64,000 nt of DNA from Mobula birostris (Eukaryota). The stretch's first letter is position 1, and each line of letters begins with the position of its first letter. Made by a program: the position numbers and the translations under genes. Shown here in pieces: positions 60,499 through 64,000 of this stretch. The notes beneath the pieces were generated by a model. The model did not search any database. It saw nothing but the letters and a program-made list of their open reading frames with translations, and was not told the DNA's origin. The stretch lies in NCBI RefSeq assembly GCF_030028105.1, contig NC_092379.1:29195821-29259820 (forward strand), written 5' to 3'.

Positions 60499-62006
60499 CA
60501 TGGTCAATAAAAGGTGTTCACCACCCTTGGAAATTTTCGTGTTTTATTGTTTTACAACATTGAATCACAGTAAATTTAAATTAGCTTTTTTTTTAATACC
60601 AATCAACAGTAAAAGGCTCTTTCATGTCAAAGTGAAAACAGATCTCTACAAAGTCATCTAAGTTAATTACAAATATAAAACACAAAATAATTGATTGCAT
60701 AAATATTCGCCACCTTTAATATGACACACCAAATCATTAGAAGTAACATAATTGGAGATCACCTATGTGCAGTCAAGTTCTTTCAGATGATTGTAGGAAA
60801 AAATACACCTGTATCTAGAAAGTCCAACTGCTGGTGCAAAAAACTAAACCATGAAGACAAAAGAGCACTCCAAGCAACTCTGTGAAAAGGTTATTGAAAA
60901 GCACAAATCAGGAGATGGATACAAGAAAACTTCGAACTCACTGAAAATCCCTTGGAGACGGTGAAGTCAATCATGAAGTAAATCAGCCAAGAGCAGGCCA
61001 TCCTCAAAAACTCATGCAAGAAGGGGACGCGTGAGGGAGGCCACCAAGAGATCTATGACAACTTTGGAAGAGTTGGAAGCCTCAGTGCCCGAGATGGAAG
61101 AGACTGCACATAGAACAACGATTGCCTGGGTGCTTCGCCGGTCACAGCTTTATGGGAGAGTGGCAAAGAGAAAGCCAAGGTTGAAAAATACTCACATGAA
61201 ATCTCAGCTAGAGTTTGCCAGAAGGCATGTAGGAGACTATGAAGTCAGCTGGAAGAAAGTTCTATGGTGTGATGAGCTTTCTGCCCATCAGACTAAACGT
61301 TATGTTTGGCGTAAGCACATCCTCAAAAATGCACCATCCCTACTGTGAAGCATGGTGGTGGCTGCATCATGTTGTAGGGATGCTTCACTGCAGCAGGCCC
61401 TGGAAGGCTTTTGAAGGTATGAATGTAGCAAAATACAGTGTGATCCTGGAGGAAAACCTGATGCAGTCTGCAAGACAATTGTGACTTGGGAGAAGACTTG
61501 TTTTCCAGAAAGACAATGATCCAAAGCATAAAGCCAAAGTTACTCAGGAATGGGTTAAAAACAACAAAGTTAATGTCCAGGAGTGGTCAAGGCAGAGTCC
61601 AGACTTCAATGCAATTGAGGATTTGTGACTGGATGTGAAAAGGGCTCTTCACCCATGATCCCCACGCAATCTGACAGAGCTTAAGCAGTTTTGTAAAGAA
61701 GAATGGAGAAAATTTGCAGTGTCCAGATGTGCAAAACTGATGGAGACCTATCTGTACTGAATCAAGGCTGTAATTGCTGCCAAATGTGCATCTACTAAAT
61801 ACTGACTTCAAGGGGGTTAATACTTATGCAATCAATTATTTTGTGTTTAATAATTATAATAAATTTAGACCAATTTGTAGAAATTTGTTTTCACTTTGAC
61901 ACGAAAGGGTATCAAAAACACCAAATTAAATCCACTGCAATCCAATGCTGTAAAACAATAAAACATGAAGGCTACCAAGGGTGGTTAATACTTTTTACAG
62001 CCACTG
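60499..62006 (+). mobile_element. Tc1-like DNA transposon, ~1.5 kb, decayed transposase 60851-61805
   Basis: TA flanks (60497-60498, 62007-62008); imperfect long TIRs; MKTKEHS.., WKKVLWCDE, FQKDNDPKH, SPDFNAIE (DDE motif). Confidence 0.93.
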
Positions 62007-62019
62007 TATCTATGCCTCT

Positions 62020-63190
62020 CATAATTTTCAAACTCCTCTATCAGTTCACCCCTTTTTCTTATACATTCCAAGTATTTAAAGATCAGGGCTAGAAAAGCCC
62101 GCCCTATGAATCAGGCCCTTTCGTCATGGAAACACCCTTGCAAACTTTTTCCAGCTTAAGCATGTCTTTCTATAAAAGAGTGGCCAATGCTGTACACAAT
62201 ACTCCAAGTGTGGCCTCACCACCATATTGTACAAATACAACAAAACGACTCAACTCTATCACTCATTGTCCTGACTGATGAAGGCAAGAATGCTAAGCAG
62301 CTTTCTCATCACACTGTGTAGCTGTGGCACTGTTTTCAGCAAACCCATCCTGTCATGCAAATCAGCTTTGAACACTGTAAACCCACAACGCTCCCCTGAG
62401 GGCCAGGAACAGGAGCTGTCTCAGCAGGTTTCCAGAATTCAGACTAATGATTCCGAAAAAGAACACTTCAACGGCATAAGGTTACAAAAGACTGAATTTA
62501 TTAAGAAATAGGAAAATGCAGGAGATATTAATCAAACAATTAGTAAAATAGTAAGTCAGAATTATCACTAAAGCAATCCTGCCCTTCTTCAGGGATTCCG
62601 CAGAGATAATCGAGAGCATCAAGGAGAATATAGATCAGTACAGCACAGGCAAAGGCCCTTCAGCCCACAGTATTGTGCTGAACAAACTAAACTGGAAAAG
62701 AAACATGACACAAATCTCATTCCTACTGCCTCCACAATGTCCATAATTGTAGGCAGAAGTGACTAGTTTAGCAGGTGAATGTGCAGAAGTTTCCCTGCAC
62801 ACCCGCGTGCCTATCTACAAGTCTCTGAAACACGCCTATCACATCTGCCTCCACCACCAGCCCTGGCAGTGCATTACAGGCACCCACCACTCTGTTTATA
62901 TTTAAAAAATTGTCCTGCACATCTCCCTTTAATCTGCCCCCTTAATTGCCTGCCCTTAGATGATAGATTATTTTGTCCTTGGGGAACAGTTACTGGCTGT
63001 CTACTCTATCCTTGCCTTATAAACTTCCCTCAACTCCCGCTCTCCAAATAAGTTGACCCAACTTTGTCCAACCTCTCCCTACAGCTCCTGCCCTCTCCTG
63101 GCATCCTGGTTTAACCTCCTATGCCCTCTCCAAAGCATCCACACTCTTTTGTAAGTGGGCAAGCAGAGCGTACGGCAATATCCCAGAGGC
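62020..63190 (-). mobile_element. Decayed CR1 3' fragments
   Basis: Reverse-complement similarity to the CR1 C-terminus/3' UTR. Confidence 0.65.
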
Positions 63191-63204
63191 AGCCTAACCA
63201 GAGG

Positions 63205-63500
63205 GGGGTGCCACAGTGGCCTAGCAGTTAGAGCAATGCTTAACAATGCTAGCGATCAGGGTTCAACTTCTGCCATTGTCTGTAAGGAGTTTGTACATTC
63301 TGCCTGGACTATGTGGGTTTTCATCATGGGAACCAGTTTCCTCCTGGATGCCAAAGACCTACGTGATTGAAGTGGTAATTTGTGGGCATGCTATGTTGGC
63401 ACCAAAACCATGGCGACTCCATGGGCTTCGCTCAGCACAGCCTCAGACTGCGTTGGTAATTGATGCAAATGAGACATTGCATTTTATGTCTCCATATTTA
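63205..63500 (+). mobile_element. tRNA-derived SINE (HE1/V-SINE-like)
   Basis: cacagtggcctagcagttag..gggttcaacttc A/B-box head followed by a gtaaggagtttgtac..gtgggttt..gtttcctcc core. Confidence 0.7.
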
Positions 63501-64000
63501 GATGTATATGAAACAAATGAAATTGATCTTTAAAAAAAGCAGTCTTTTAAAGCTGCAACATAACTTCCTGATTCGTAAACACACTGTCTTGACTAATGAA
63601 GACAAGAATGTCGTGCAATTTCTTTACCACCTTATCAACCTGTGCAAACAGAAACTGATCCTCCTGGCACTGTCTGCAGTCCACGAGGAAGTCCAAGGAG
63701 TCATAACAAAATTTCCTCTTTCTACAACAAGATAAACAATTTCTCGTGACAATTGCTTACGCCGCATCAGCAGTTTCAGGGGAATAAGAAAACAGATTCG
63801 TACTGCAGCTCTTGTTACTGTGCACATCCCAGTGTAACATATTTATTGCTGGATATCATTTCAGCTTTAGTTTTCTTCCCAATACATTTCTCTGCAGACG
63901 CTGGTGAGCTTTTAGTTTCTGGGTCCAAAGTGTTCAGCTTTTATTTGTTTTGCAAAGACATTTAATTATACATCTGAAAAGCTTTCTCCCACTGTAAATG

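Noticed and set aside
1-64000. CRISPR arrays, prokaryotic operons, rRNA, or TCR constant exons
   Set aside because: No regularly spaced direct repeats, rRNA-like sequence or C1-set exon were seen.

Overview
Eukaryotic, repeat-rich vertebrate DNA, most likely from a cartilaginous fish, probably a batoid (inferred from the CR1/Penelope/HE1-type repeat content). The left half (1-~29 kb) is part of an antigen-receptor V-gene cluster of T-cell receptor alpha/delta type. It holds two apparently intact minus-strand V genes, each with a 46-nt leader exon, an 85-nt intron, a 301-nt V exon and a 23-bp-spacer RSS (14034-14504 and 20794-21264). At least four clear V pseudogenes and about eight more decayed V relics surround them. 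These are arranged as tandemly duplicated cassettes and one inverted cassette, with a recurring promoter module (NF-Y box, TTGCGTAA, CRE-like). A CTCF-like motif recurs ~20 bp 3' of several RSSs. Two tRNA-Leu(TAA) genes lie in a duplicated block (25758, 36683). The right half is mostly transposon debris: a near full-length CR1, a Neptune/Penelope element, RTE, Tc1, a mariner MITE with a nested hammerhead-ribozyme palindrome, Gypsy and other relics. It also has a GC-box/TATA promoter with a candidate first exon (41.6-41.8 kb) and two orphan exon-like segments. No D, J or C segments were found. There are two assembly gaps (21736-21894, 29173-29328). All alignments were made by eye, and repeat boundaries are approximate.
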